From Camelus dromedarius (lineage: Eukaryota): 64,000 nt of DNA. Shown here piece after piece: positions 1 to 13,439 of the stretch (positions within the stretch are counted from its first letter, which is position 1; the number at the start of each line of letters is the position of its first letter). The stretch lies in the NCBI RefSeq assembly GCF_036321535.1, contig NC_087447.1:36396001-36460000 (forward strand), in the 5' to 3' direction. The position numbers and the translations under genes were made by a program. The notes beneath the pieces are model-generated. The model did not search any database. It saw only the letters and a list, made by a program, of their open reading frames with translations, and had not been told where the DNA came from.

Positions 1-259
1 GAAGGGGATAGAGAGTATGTAAAGATCAAGCTGCAATTTTAAATGGATGAGTAGGTAACTAGAAAAATGAATCAACCTCAAGTTTCTTTCCTAAAAGACC
101 AGTTAAATGAGTTGCTTTAACTTTCCTACCTTCTCTTTCTGATGCCTCACACATATTTTATGGACAGAAAGCAAATGACACTATTTAGCTAGCTAAAAAA
201 TGAAATTAATCAATATATTTATAACATACAAAGTTACAGAAATTTAAAATATAAAAAAT

Positions 260-1410
260 GGGAGAGATCAAGATGGTGGAATCGAAGCGTATGGAGCTCA
301 CCTCCTCCCACAAATACATTAAAAATACATTTACATGTGGAACAACCCTCACAGAATACCTATTGAACATTGGCAGATCTCAAAAATTCAAATCTGCAAG
401 AAAGATCACCACATAACCAGGTAGGACAAAAGAGGGAAAAAAACCCCAGGAAATTGGGGTAGGACCTACACCCGTGGGAGGAGGCTTTGAAAAAAAAAAT
501 CCTCACCCTGGGAATACCCTTCACTGGCTGGGAGATCAACTGGGACAGATAGGGAGCTCCCGAGGCTCAGAGGAGAGTGTAACAGCTGGCTCATGACAGG
601 CAGAATAGAGACCAGCACAGATGGTCCTGGCTACCCTGCTGCACTCCCCAGGCCAAGATGTGTGACTGCTGGTGGGCATGGGAGCTGCCATCCGGCTTTA
701 GCCAACAGATCCAGGGAGGGGACTGGGATTTGCTGTGTGGAGACAGCTCGAAGGGACTAAAGTGTGTTTCAGGCTACTACTGAGTGGGTACACAGGATGG
801 AGCCTGGATCCACGATATAGCCCTACTGTTGACGCATGTGCAAAAAAGGGAGGGGCAGGTCCCCGCCATAGCAGCCGCTTTCTCACAGCATGCGGAGCTC
901 TGCCTCTATGACATCTGGGAGTGCACAAGCACTGGCGGGGTGCCCATACAGAGGCGGGGCTGAAATCTGAGCCAATCCCCAGAGGCCATGTGACTTCAGA
1001 AGGAAAGTGGGCTGAAATCCAAGCTGTGTCCCAGGGGCTGTATAAATTTGGTGGAGTTACGACACTTGTGGCTTTGTAAACTCAATGCTTGTGGGACATC
1101 CAAGCGATTTTACTGGTGCTCCTGTGGCTGGGGCAGATCTGGTGTGAGCAGAGACCAGTGTGTGGGCTGATTCCATGGCTTCCACAGCGAGTCCAGATGT
1201 GTGACTATAGCAGGTGCCAGTGACTGACTTCAGCGGATTTGTGTGGTGAGTTTGTGTGCACAGCACGAGGGACATCTGGGCTAATGCCTTGAATTCCCAT
1301 GGCCAAGGCAGTGCCAATGACACTGTACTTTGTATGCACACAGGTGAGGCAATGTCACATAGTGCACGTCCTAGCAGACAGCTCCTACAGAAGGATACTC
1401 AGTGGCTCCT
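260..1410 (+). mobile_element. LINE-1 5' UTR fragment; no recognisable ORF1/ORF2 follows
   Basis: Starts GGGAGAGATCAAGATGGTGGAA...GGAGCTCACCTCCTCCCACAAATACA, typical of laurasiatherian L1 5' ends (YY1-type AAGATGG). It follows an A-rich target-like site and is GC-richer than its flanks. Confidence 0.75.
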
Positions 1411-1439
1411 CTCCTCTCCTTCCTTTGCATAGGACTTAA

Positions 1440-1760
1440 CATCTTACATGATCTCTCCCTATCCTGAACCCCACTGTTCTAGTCTGGCTAACTCTTTATC
1501 CTTTCAGATTCAGATCAGTTCTATTTACGGGAAGCTTTCTTGTGCTGCTAAGCCAAGGTTGGCTACCCCGTCTTAATTTCACAGCACTATGTGCGTAACT
1601 CTCTCATAGCAATTGTAATTCTATATTGCTATTATCTGGTTTCTTTCATCACATAATGGCTCTAAACATGTTATTGAAATCTATGTGACCCCCCATGACC
1701 TACTATATTGCCTGGCATGTAGTAGATAGTCAATAATTATTGGTAAAATGCATGAAGCAT
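1440..1760 (+). mobile_element. LINE-2 3' end remnant
   Basis: Ends CCTGGCATGTAGTAGATAGTCAATAATTATTGG...ATGAA, a degenerate L2 tail. Confidence 0.5.
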
Positions 1761-2406
1761 TCCCCTATGAACAGCAAAAACAAAGTGCAAAATTTCATCC
1801 CAAAATGCTTAAAACAGAAAAAGTCTTCCTATTTCTCCCAGATTAGGTTTGCAGAAAGACTACTGGGACAATGGTAGGAAAATAAATTTACTTGCTTACA
1901 AAAAAAATGAATGTTTAGAAATCACTGTACTTCCATGTAAAAATGAACTGCTAGGAACAAGTTTTTTCTCAGTAGATGTTTTCCTGGCACCTATACTTTA
2001 TATCTTCTATTATGTTAATCAAACTGAAATAGATTTCAAAATATACTGAACATTTTTAAAATTAATTTTTTGATAAAGGCCATTCCCTTGGCTACTACTT
2101 CAAGGGCTGGAAGGAGGTATAAAATATGAAAGGCCTCCCAAATGGTCTGCCCAGAAATACTCTGTATCAATTCATCAGGCTAACAAATGGCAAGTCATAA
2201 ACTCCAATTTTTTTTCTCTGTATAGTCTCTAAACATTACTGCCCAGTGGCACTGAGAATCCCAGAAGTGGCTCAGAAATAGTATAAATTTTAAGTGCTCA
2301 GTTAGGTCAGCTATATTTTGAAAGCCTTTTAAAGTAATCATGCAGAACAGTAAGTATCTTCACTGCTTCTCACTGAACATACATTAAAAAAAGGGCATTA
2401 TTTTCA

Positions 2407-2625
<219 letters not shown>

Positions 2626-2729
2626 TCATTCTTGCTTAGGAAGTTAAGCATAAGCATGATATTCGAATGAATATATACACTCCTTTTCTGTTACCTCAAG
2701 GCAAACTCCTTTAGTTCCTTTGCAGCCAG

Positions 2730-2920
2730 AATTTGGTTCTCAAAAGTTTACACCTGTAAGAATCACCTGGACGACTGGTTAAAACACACTGCTGGGCTAC
2801 ACCCTGAGAGTTTCAGATTCAGTAGGTCTAGGGTGGGGCTTGAGGATTTATTTCACTTCTAACAAATTCCTAAGAGATGCTGACACTGTTGATGTAGGGG
2901 CCACACTTTGAGACCTACTG
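2730..2920. mobile_element. MER5A-like hAT-Charlie MITE
   Basis: TGGTTCTCAAA...GAATCACCTGG...GATTCAGTAGGTCTAGGGTGGGGC...CACACTTTGAGACCTACTG. Confidence 0.8.
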
Positions 2921-3334
2921 TCTTTGGGTCTTGTAGGGCCTTAGAGCACCTAATACTTTTAACCCAGAAGGCTGTTACTGCTACAGTTGTTAACTGAAGT
3001 TAAAAACTCTGGTTTTAGTGATACTTTAAAGGACAGTATAACATCAGAGTCTATCGGACCCAATTTTAGTTTTTCAGTTTTTTGAGTAGTTCCTGTAAGG
3101 ACTGATGTGTTATGACCTTGATCCTTAAAGGTCTTCCAAAGAACAATGAGAAAATTTACTTTTTTTTTTAAAAAGGAAGAAATAAAACTCATTCTATTTT
3201 GTGATTAACAAATGGGTCTATTAAACCCTTTTATAAATTTAAGAAATACTATGGAATCCTAGTTATATTCTCCCCTGCATCTTAAATATAAGAATTACTT
3301 CATTATAATTCCCTACATCTTGAAACAAATGTAA

Positions 3335-4465
3335 GATTTATTTCACTACAAGTCATTAATCATCCTAATTATGCTCAAACTGACAAAAATAGTACATAGA
3401 AAAATGGTAGAAAAGTTTTCTCATCATGTTGTCCAAAGTATTGCATCATTTTTCAAGAAGAAATCACTCCTGTTGTATACTTCTAAGCCTTCTTTGGACA
3501 GAGTTGACAATTTTACATTTCTACTCATAATGGCAATTGAGTAGAAAACTGAAAACTGACAGGAGGCATTTCACAATTACTGATGAATTAGGCGAATACA
3601 AAATGACAGAAAGTGGACTCTTAAACTAATGATAATGGCAAACTTAAGTGTATATGCCAAAATCTTAGACTATGAGTCTTTGGATGATCACTTTTCTCCA
3701 ATCCAGCAATCAATGAGAGACCAAAAAAAAAAAAAAAAAAAAGTTAAGAAAAGATGATACTCTCATCTAGAAAGTCATTCAACAGGAAGAACTTTATCTT
3801 GCAATATTTTGCAACATTGCAGTAACAGTCTGGACCACCCTGTTTTTCTAAGCTACATATGTTTCATTTTATCATTCATGGCATTTGTACATTAAAATTT
3901 ACTTGGCATGGTCTATAAGCACCATACTAAGTAAATGCTGAGGGTAGACGGGAAGGAATACAGAAATGAAAACATTCACTGGGCTGATCATTCTAATTGA
4001 GTTTATAATCTAAAAATGAAAATGATTTGCAATTACAGAGCAAAGAAGACAACACTCCTTTGACACAAAACTATGAGCAATCAAAGGTTTCAAAAAATTC
4101 TTCAAGTATTTTAATGATGCAAATGCAAGAACTCAAGAACTAAAATAAAACTAAAATCTATCAGAAATAGGTTTGAAATCTGAAATTGTTTCAGTTTCAC
4201 ACATGAAAACTGACAAGCAGTTAGCTGTATTCATAGAATGCTTTCACAATACATATACCCCAAATATATAATTTATATATTGTGAAAACCAAGAAAATTT
4301 GGTTTGCTATGGTTAAGTTCATATCAAAATTTCTAATAAAGTTGTTTTTTTTTAACTATTCTTCTATTCTTACTTTTGAAAATTACTCATAAAAGATGAA
4401 TAGAATAGACATATAAAAACAATGATGACCATTCTTCCTGGGCATATGACTGTTGAAGTATTTGT
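3335..4465 (+). mobile_element. Decayed piggyBac-type DNA transposon (Looper-like)
   Basis: Broken peptides appear in transposase order: EMKTFTGLIILI (3963), MSNQRFQKILQV (4073), NDANAR, KLKSIRNRFEI, MKTDKQLAVF (4203; compare VDEQLVAFKGRC). Many stops and frameshifts. Confidence 0.7.
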
Positions 4466-4754
4466 ACCACACTGGCCACCCACTTACGGTTCTTCTAAAT
4501 TCTTTTTGGTGGCGGGCTTACTATATATTCTCATGATTCTGGCTAATGAAGTTCCAAATCTCTACTTCTTTCCAACTGGTTAGTTCTTAACTATTTCTGG
4601 CTCAATACAGTTTAAAAAAAAAAAAAAAGTACTAGTGAAGCTTAAGTTCTAATTCTCACTAAATCACCAGACCTGGCATTTAACTTCTTAGTTTTAATTC
4701 CTCATTGAAACAAAGTCTTCTTTGAAAGACTGTCTTAAGAATACTAACACCTAA

Positions 4755-4890
4755 GAATTGCATAGTGTTTTACAACTTACAAATCACTTTTCACGTACAT
4801 TATCTCAAGAGTCCATTTAATAAATAAGGACACTGAGGCAAAGAGGCGAACTGACTTGCTTTGATCCTCTGTTCCTTCCACATCATACTG
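4755..4890 (-). mobile_element. MIR remnant
   Basis: CACTTTTCACGTACATTATCTC...GACACTGAGGCAAAGAG core-like sequence. Confidence 0.55.
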
Positions 4891-7282
4891 TACATAATCA
4901 AATGAGACAGGATATATGAAAGTAGTTTATGAATTACAGCTATAAAAATATATATATATATATATATAATTAAGGTAAAAACAATTTGTCTTTAGTAAAA
5001 ATTAAAGATTCCCAAACTTTCTTTTAAAAGGGCAAGTATCTTCAATGCCTTTACATAAATAACTTATCTACAATTTATAATCTTAATTTTTTTAAGCCAC
5101 GAAGTCCTTCTAGTTCTCCCTTTCAGACCTTAGCATACAGCAGCAAGTACCATGCCTAAGTGCTGCATTCTGAAAAGCATATGGGTGCCTGATACATTCT
5201 TAGAGACTCTCCACCACTTACCAAAATTAATCCCTCATTCGTCTTCCTAAAAGATAGCTTTCATTTCTCTATTCCATTCAAACCAATGAAACCATTTTTA
5301 AGTTGGCTTCATCCTTAATACCTTTATTATAAAACTGTAATTAATTTACTTCATCCTCAGCACACACTGTAGTAACTCTTAGAATTTATTTCTGCCATTG
5401 TCAGCATTTTTCTAGAGTTGGATTCCATGATCTGTTACCCCATTTAACATGTGAAGTTAGCAGGCAAAGAAAACTTTATCTTTTACATGCAGATGTTCAT
5501 TAGAAACTGCGGATCAACTACATATTATAATTAGCTGATTTTATAAACTTAAACATATATTTAAATTTTTAAATTATATATTATTTTTAAAATATTAAAA
5601 ACACAAGCACTTAAAGATAACTCCCAATCACCAGCAAAAATATGAAACTGGCTTAAAAAGATCATTATCAAGGGACATGTTACTGTATTGCACTAAAATA
5701 TAAAATTAGCAACATAATCATTTTTAGATAATGTGTGAAGGTCCTAGCTCTAATTTTGAATTGCAACAGTAACCATCTCCTTCAAAGAGAATGTTTATAG
5801 GATTGGAAAAGGTCTTAAAGGTCATCTAGTTAAACTGATCCCATTAAACTGTAAAGGTTTAATTACTTAATTCCTTTAACTTTGTTAAATTACCTAGTAT
5901 CACCAAGAGTTTTCTGTCCAACTAAGATTATGTCTCTGATCCTAGCAAAACAGGTGCCTGACTTTCAAGCAATCAAGTCACAGCTAAGTACCAGGAGGAA
6001 AACAATGTAATAGCTTTTAAAATGGCACCCAGGTTACTCAAAAGCCTAGATAAGTTCCTGATAAGTACTGGATTACCATATTAACAAGAAAAGATCTCAA
6101 AGTCAGCTGTAGGGCCAAACAGTAGGCATGAATAAATCTCACTATATAACTATTCACCACCAAATCTTCACTGATTACTAATCTTTCTGAAGAGCTAAAA
6201 TCAATTTTCTTAAAGGGCCTTACTATTCCAAACCTAACCCCACCACCTACTCAAAAGGGGGATGTGTCTTAACGTCATCTCATTTGCTACAACTGATGCA
6301 CTAATAGTATTCAGTGAGCCTTTTATGGTTCACAAAGTAAGATATTATGAAAGGCACTTAACTGCACTATAGAAAATAAAACACTCTACACATTCATAAA
6401 TTGATACCGCTTTAAATAAAAGAAAGAAAACTACATAACCTCCCTTCGACATCTTTAATGATGACCTATGTCCCCTTCCCGCAAATTCCATCAGCGTTCT
6501 CATGGCATTTATTCATTTAGTTGTACGTTTACTCGTTACTGCAGTCTTCATGACACTGCGCTAGGAGCTAGTACAACTATACAAAAAGCCTAGGATAAGC
6601 ACCAGAGTTATTCATCTTTGAATTCTCAACAGCTGACACAACAGTAAATATTTGTTTACTTTAAGGAATGAATGGTTTGCTATTTAAACTGATGAGCCGG
6701 GGGCGGGGGGGGGGGCGAAGAGAGGTACTTGACGTGAAAACGGGCCTCTAGGTCTCAACGTCTTAGACCTCAGCACCGTGCACCACTATTATTCCCCCGG
6801 TACAGTTTTTCTGTTCAATACTGTTCTTGGTTTACTCTTAACAGTACAGTTAAGTTTAACTCTTAACAGCGCATTACAAAAATAACCCCGGCCAGAAAAT
6901 GTCCAAATTCGCACGAACATCTTGACTTTGTCACAGAAGCATTTAAAGCCTAAAATAGGGAGGAGGGTTTTGCCGTCTCTATTGTGAGTAGAAAGGCCCC
7001 ACAAAGAAGCTTCATCAGCCCCGAAACAGGCAAATATGGTTCTCTGACTAAGCTCTTTCACTTCTCGACCACTCAGTATTTCTTTCCTCGAACCCCCTTC
7101 CTACGCAGGTCTCCGGCTCTTAGCGTGTGGACCTCTTCAAACATTCCAACCCTAATTAGGAAAAGCGGACATTTCCCACTCTTCTGGGTCCTCCCCCTCA
7201 GCTCTTCCCCCCAGGCCACCTCAGGCGCTTCCTCCTTCCGCACCCACCCTTCCCGGCCTACCCCAACCTTTAGTAGGCCTCA

Positions 7283-7423
<141 letters not shown>

Positions 7424-7546
7424 TCAGTCGCGGCTCCAACAGCCCGCAACCTGCCACCGGCCCAAGCAGCGCCACTCCAGAAGGCAGAGCCCCTCCGGGC
7501 CTTCTCTGCCACGGTCGTCACCGCCGCGGCCTCTCGCCACCCCGGA

Positions 7547-7565
7547 GCACTCTGGGAGTTATAGT
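7547..7565 (-). promoter_or_regulatory. ZNF143/THAP11 (ACTACA-SBS) motif
   Basis: Minus strand ACTATAACTCCCAGAGTGC versus consensus ACTAYAAYTCCCAG.ATGC. Confidence 0.8.
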
Positions 7566-7616
7566 TTTCTGGTTCACTCCACACCCTTCTGAAGAAGGGA
7601 TGGATGGGTAACTAAA

Positions 7617-7635
7617 ACTACAACTCCCAGGAAGC
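7617..7635 (+). promoter_or_regulatory. ZNF143/THAP11 (ACTACA-SBS) motif
   Basis: ACTACAACTCCCAGGAAGC. Confidence 0.85.
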
Positions 7636-7659
7636 TCAGCGGCACAGCCCGCGCTGTGT

Positions 7660-7730
7660 GGCGGGAGTGCCCTTCGAGGCTACGCCTCCATCGGCTGGCG
7701 AAGGGAGCTTTCTCGCGGATGAGAATGGCG
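7660..7730 (+). other. Candidate first exon of the divergent transcript (distal SOX6 leader); TSS uncertain
   Basis: Donor GCG|GTGAGC at 7731, just downstream of the SBS motif. An alternative donor AAA|GTGAGT lies at 8055. Confidence 0.4.
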
Positions 7731-8294
7731 GTGAGCTTTAGTCAACCTTCGTCGCCACAGAAGGAAACTCAGCCTGGGTTTTCGCGTTGTACTGTGAGAC
7801 GCTGCCCCACTGACACAAGTGAATTTGTTACAGTTAAGCACCTAGATTGAAATATAGTGTTTGAGGCCTACTGAATCCTCACGCGTACGCTCATCGGAAG
7901 ACAAAAACCTTTCCAAAAAAAAAAAAAAAAAAAAAATGGCTTCTGCTGTTTCCCCCGTAGTGTTCTCTACTGCTCCCAGGATATTTCTAGATCTGTGGTG
8001 CAGCTTTTGGAAAATTACCGGCGAACGTTTTTTCACTTTCTTACTCTCATGAAAGTGAGTTCAGTATTGGTGTTACGTGCCAGTTAATTGGCTATAATTG
8101 AAACTAGAGTCCACCTGAGGGAATTCTATAAGCTTTTCACAGGACCTTGTGAGGTTGGGGTGATCCTCTCCGACCTCACTGCTGGTGTGTAGGCTTTGTA
8201 CTTTAGGGGCTTTCACCAAGTGAAGTACGTCTCTGCCAGAAAGTCTTGTACCTTTTTCTTTTCCTTTAAAAAATACTTAAAATTTCACCTCAAT

Positions 8295-8525
8295 TAAGAA
8301 AAAAATTAACATAAAATTAACCATTTTGGAGTGTAAAATTAAGTGGCATTTAATACATAAACAGTGCTGTACAACCATCACCTCTTTCTAGTTCTAAGAC
8401 TTTTTCTCACCCAGAAAGGAACTTCAATACCCATTAAGCTGCCTTTCCCCCTTCTCCCTTTTCCCTACCAACCGCTAATCTACTCAGAAAGCACTGAATC
8501 TAAAGGTATTATCTGGATATTGGAG
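8295..8525 (-). mobile_element. Old L1 (L1MB-like) 3' end
   Basis: AAAATTAACCATTTT...GTGGCATTTAATACAT...GTACAACCATCACC. Confidence 0.7.
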
Positions 8526-9447
8526 TTTAATTCATGCGGTATCAAGGTGTCTAAATTTCTAACCAGGCCTGAACCTGGGTGCCTTCAACCCTAACATTCT
8601 GTCAGGATCCTTTTCCCTTACTTAATCTGAAGCTTTCTGACCTTGTTCAGAGTTTTTTTGATTTTTTTTAAAAAACAAAAATCAGTAAGTACAGTCTATA
8701 CAGGCAATACAGATCTAGAGTGCATTTTGGTACTGAGAGCAGCCTGTGAAACTGCTTAACTGTTAGCTTCTGAACTCAGCAATTACCCTAGTTTGACTGC
8801 CTATGTAGAAATAATAATACTTTCCTAGATTTCAGGTGATCATTGAACCTTTTATAGAACTGTGACCAGTGGAAGACAATTCTTTAATTTATGCAGTCAT
8901 GTATTTAAATATTACTTTATTTTGAAGCAAAGGAATAACAATTCTAGGTAGGATGATATGAAAGAAAAACCTCAGATGGGGTCATATTTTATAACTAAGC
9001 AAAGGTACCTTTATCAGTTAGTTCTGTGGTGAGAATAAACCAGAAATCAAGGAGGAGGAGAATTAACCCATGAGAAAAAGTATTTTTGGAAGTGGTTGCT
9101 TACTCTTTAGTTTTAAATTTTAAAAATATTTTGCCTAACTATAATTCTACAGAGTATAAATATAACTACTATGAGATATAGTTAACTTAAAGAATTTTCT
9201 GGGATGGACTACAATTCACATCCAAAGGGTTTGACAGACTATAATATATACAATTTAGAAACCTTAGTTTTGTTGCCAGTAGACAAATAGGATGGCTGAA
9301 TAGGTAATTTAGGTCACTAAGAGAATTCTGAAATAAAAAAGGGCTATCAGTAGGGTTAATAGTTACTGTATAGTTCTAACTTTACTAATTGGTGAAAGTC
9401 CAGAAAAGTTTAATGTGCTAGCAACTTGTCTTTTATTTCTTCACCAG

Positions 9448-9582
9448 AATTGTTGGCTCCTGGATGGCTAAATCTTCAAGTTATTATAAAACAAGATTAA
9501 AAGCCAAAAAGTAACATAGGAAATAATAAGGATTGGATCATTTCATCAGATTTTACTCAGTTTCATATACAGAAGGATATAG
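9448..9582 (+). other. Candidate internal exon (135 nt) of the + strand transcript
   Basis: Acceptor TCTTTTATTTCTTCACCAG and donor TAG|GTAAGG in non-repetitive sequence. All three frames contain a stop. Confidence 0.5.
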
Positions 9583-10149
9583 GTAAGGATGATATGATAC
9601 AGTGTTATAGAAACGTATATGTGGCACAGAAACTTGCTAATACACTTCTTCCTGGTTTTGTAAAAACAAAAAGATACTCTGAAATACCTTCTTTAGTTTT
9701 GGGACTGTTCCATCTTCCTTTTCTGTTTCTGTATTTTCTAGCACAATGCTTGCCACATGGTAGTTAATAAGTTTTTTTGAATTAATATAAGAAGTATGAA
9801 ATTGTATAATGTAACAGAGTGGTGTCTCATAAAAGGCCCAGAAACTCAGCAATGTGCTTCTTTCTTGGGTAGTAAAGACAAGGAGAGGATATCCTGTTAC
9901 TAATAGGGTTTTAAAATACTTTCCTGAGTGTAGAGACCATGCCTCCCTCATTTTTATTTACCTAGTGCTTAGCATTTGGCATTCGTAAGTGTTGAGTACA
10001 TACATTAATATCCCTCAACCAAGGGTAGCCATAACTGAGCATAGTTAACAGACCTAAAAAGAAGTAAAATCTCTGATGAATATGCTCTGTACAAAAAAAT
10101 CTGCTGTTTTACCTGAGACTTTAAAAAAAAATTCCTTGTGCCTTAATTA

Positions 10150-10385
10150 TAACTATTATTTATTAAATATCCATTATGCACTATACACTTTGCTAGGTGC
10201 TTCTTTATAATTGATCTCAAAGCTTCACAACAATTTGCAAGAATTTTTATTTTGTAGATAATGAACCTTAAGAAAAGTTAAATAGTTGCCCATAGTCATA
10301 TAACTAGTAAGTGAGTGGCTAAGCTGGGATTCAATCCTTAAGTCTAACTCCAAAAACCCAGGCATTTTCCACTGTTCCAGTATAA
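10150..10385 (-). mobile_element. MIR
   Basis: GTTAAATAGTTGCCCATAGTCATATAACTAGTAAGTG...CTGGGATTCAATCC core. Confidence 0.75.
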
Positions 10386-10389
10386 CTCA

Positions 10390-11580
10390 ACATTTATATA
10401 GGGTGCTTAGTATGTGTCAGGCAGTGTGCTAAATTTGAGGAAAACTAGAATAAATAATGTGTAATCCTTTACCTCAAGGAGTTTACATCTCAGTGGGGGG
10501 AAGAATGATTAAGTGGCACCAATAAGTTACAGATGAAATGCTCTGGGAGCAGTTCATTTTAGCTGAGGGAAATAGGGAAATTCTTCCCAAAAGTTTTTGA
10601 ACTAGGCCTTGAAAAATAGTGTAGGCAGGGTGGGGCATAGAGTCAGGAATGGTTAGTGTCCTGTGTGATTGAAACCCGATATGCACAAAAGTATCATATT
10701 CTGAGACAACTCTGTAGGCTTATCAAAGTCAGCCTAATCAAAACCTTGAGTTTGAATCTCCCTGTATGTGCTCAGGTTCAGAGCATCTGTTTCACAGATT
10801 TATAGTAACCTCCCATCCTCTAATAGTTACCCAGTTAAATCCATTTTACACATCATGGCCAGGTCCATCACTTGAAAATGGAATGTAGAGGCTCTCTTGT
10901 TCAAAAACTTCCTGGAGCTTCCCATTTTATACAGATTTAAGTTGATATAATTAAGCCTATAATTGAGGGTCTATATTCTGATTTCAATGATCCATTGCAA
11001 TATTGTTTTCTACTACTACCTTTTATTTATCTTGGTTAGTTTGTCATCACTAGTTACAACAAAAATATATGTGCTATAATAGAGATATGAACAAAGATAC
11101 ATGTCTTGCTGGCTATTCTAGGCTGTAAGATTCTTTTTGGTAGGATCTAAGCTTAGCACTATGACTTGTATATAAACCATGACTCTAATTCTTGTTGTGT
11201 TAATGTATGAATGGATGTGGTTAAAGAGGAGCAGGTTATGTGGTAAGATAATGAGTTTTTGATTTTAGATGTGTTAAATTTAAAGTATTAGTGGGATACC
11301 AAGTGAAGTTATCTAGTAGACAGTTAGCAATATGAGCTTCAAAGTTAGGAGAGAGCCATACATGTGGATATCACCCATCTAGAGATGATGGGCAAACTTG
11401 GAGAGTGATTGAGTTCACTCAATGAGCATGTAGAAGAGAGGTACTTGGAAAAGGGGAAAAAAATTTAAGAGTAGAATGAGGGAGAAGAACCTGAAATTAA
11501 AAAATAGATGTAGAAGTAGAACAATGAGAGTTAGGTGTCATTGAAGCCAAGGGAAAAATATTTGAAGACAAGGTTTAAAA
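10390..11580. mobile_element. Cluster of L2 fragments in both orientations
   Basis: CAACATTTAT...GTGTCAGGCAGTGTGCT; GTTCAAAAACTTCC...TTCCCATT; GGACAGTT/GAGCTTCAAAG-like purine-rich L2 segments. Confidence 0.5.
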
Positions 11581-11679
11581 AAATAAATGTGGTTGTGGTT
11601 GATGATGACATAAATTCCTATTCTGTTCATTGGACATGCTGATTTGCCACAGTGCTACTGTAATTTAAAATGTGATGAC

Positions 11680-12285
11680 ATACTCCACTGTTAATAGCAG
11701 CACTGTTTACAATAGCCAAGGCACGGAAGTAACCTAAGTGTCCATCAACAGATGAATGGATAAAAAAGATGTGAGAGAGAGATATATATGCAGTGGAATA
11801 TAACTCAGCCATGAAAAAGAATGAAATAATTCCATTTGCAGCAACCTGGATGGGCCTAGAAATTGTCATAGTAAGTAGAGTAAATCAGACAGAGAAAGAC
11901 AGATATTAGGTAATATCACTTATATGTGGAATCTAAGAAATAATACAAATGAATTTATTTATAAAACAAACAGATTCACAGACATAGTAAACAAATTTAT
12001 GGTTACCAAAGGGTAATGGAGGGAAGAACAAATTAGGAGTATGGGATTAACAGATACATACTACCATATATAAAATAGAAAACAATTAAGATTTATTATA
12101 TTAACACAGGAAACTATATTCAATAGCTTTTAATAACCTATAATGGAAAAGAATCCAAAAAAATGCATATATATATACAAAAGCCACTTTGCTGTATACC
12201 CAAAAATAACACAATATTGTAAATCAACTATACTTTCATAAAGAAATTTAAAAGAAAAAAATAAAGATTAAAAAATTAAAAAAGT
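11680..12285 (+). mobile_element. L1 3' end (ORF2 tail, 3' UTR, A-rich tail)
   Basis: GCAGCACTGTTTACAATAGCCAAG...CCTAAGTGTCCATCAACAGATGAATGGATAAA...GTAAATCAACTATACTT followed by an A-rich tail. Confidence 0.9.
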
Positions 12286-12619
12286 AAAACATGACATAAA
12301 TATTGGCTTGATTGTTTTACACATAATCAGACACTTGAAAGAGTAAAGAATGAAAAGGGAAATGAAAATGTATTTGCTTATAAAACTTCTTCAACAAAAT
12401 TGTTGTTGATGGATTTTCTAATCTGATCTTATATATAAGATCTATATACACGTAAAGCAGAATGTTCTAATAGTTGTTATCAAAGAGAGCTTATAAGTTT
12501 AAATCTGTGGATGATGTCTTTTTTTTGGTGGAGGGGAAAGTGAATGAGAACATTCTAGTTTTTTTCTCCAAAATTACTGTGCTGTTCTTTCCAATTATAA
12601 AAGTAATATGTCAATATGA

Positions 12620-12980
12620 AGGTAAATAAATTGTGATAATCCATACCGTGGACTAGCATGTAGCCATTAAAAAGAGGAAGCTCTGCAGGTACTGATATGG
12701 GACAATCTCTAAGATATATTGTTGAATAAAAAAAGCAAAGTGGAGAATAGTGTATATATTACATTGTACTTATATTAAAAAGAAAAGAATTAATATATAT
12801 GCATCAAATATTCCCACAAAGATACCCAAGAAGTAACTGGCAATATTCATATACTCCATGCTTGTGGTGGTAGCTGGGAGACTGAGGTGCGTTGTTAACA
12901 AGGAGCCTTTTCACCATACTTTTTGTATCTTTTGAATTTTAAATTATCTGAATCTATTAACATATTAAAATATAAACCAT
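12620..12980 (+). mobile_element. Old L1ME-like 3' end
   Basis: AAATAAATTGTG...CCATAC...GCCATTAAAAAG...GATATATTGTTGAATAAAAAAAGCAA. Confidence 0.6.
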
Positions 12981-13439
12981 AAATGAACACATAAGTAAAT
13001 AAACTTGAATTTTAAGACAGAGTCACAAAGGTAAGCACACATACGTAAAGATAAAACAACCCTTTGTAGAAAATGTGGAAGACAAAGAAGAAATAAAAAA
13101 TCACTCATAGGGTCAGAGTTGTAAGGTAACCAGTTAACATCTTAAGTGTAATCCCTTCTGGTTTCTTTTTTCTATTGATTTGGATGATATGCTTTTTGTT
13201 TTCAATACTACTAATGGTTATATTTTAGTTTTAATTCTAATCAAGGGTGAAACAATGCCTCAGTGGCTCCTGACTTCCCTGTCAGATGTATAAAGAATTT
13301 AGCACCTTTTGTTTTGCTCTGTTCTTCCCTTCCTCACTTCCAGGATAATATAATTTAGGATTTAGGTACAGATTTTTGTTGTTGCATTAATTTTTATATA
13401 ACAGATATTTTCCATCAATAATATTTTAGGACATGCCTT

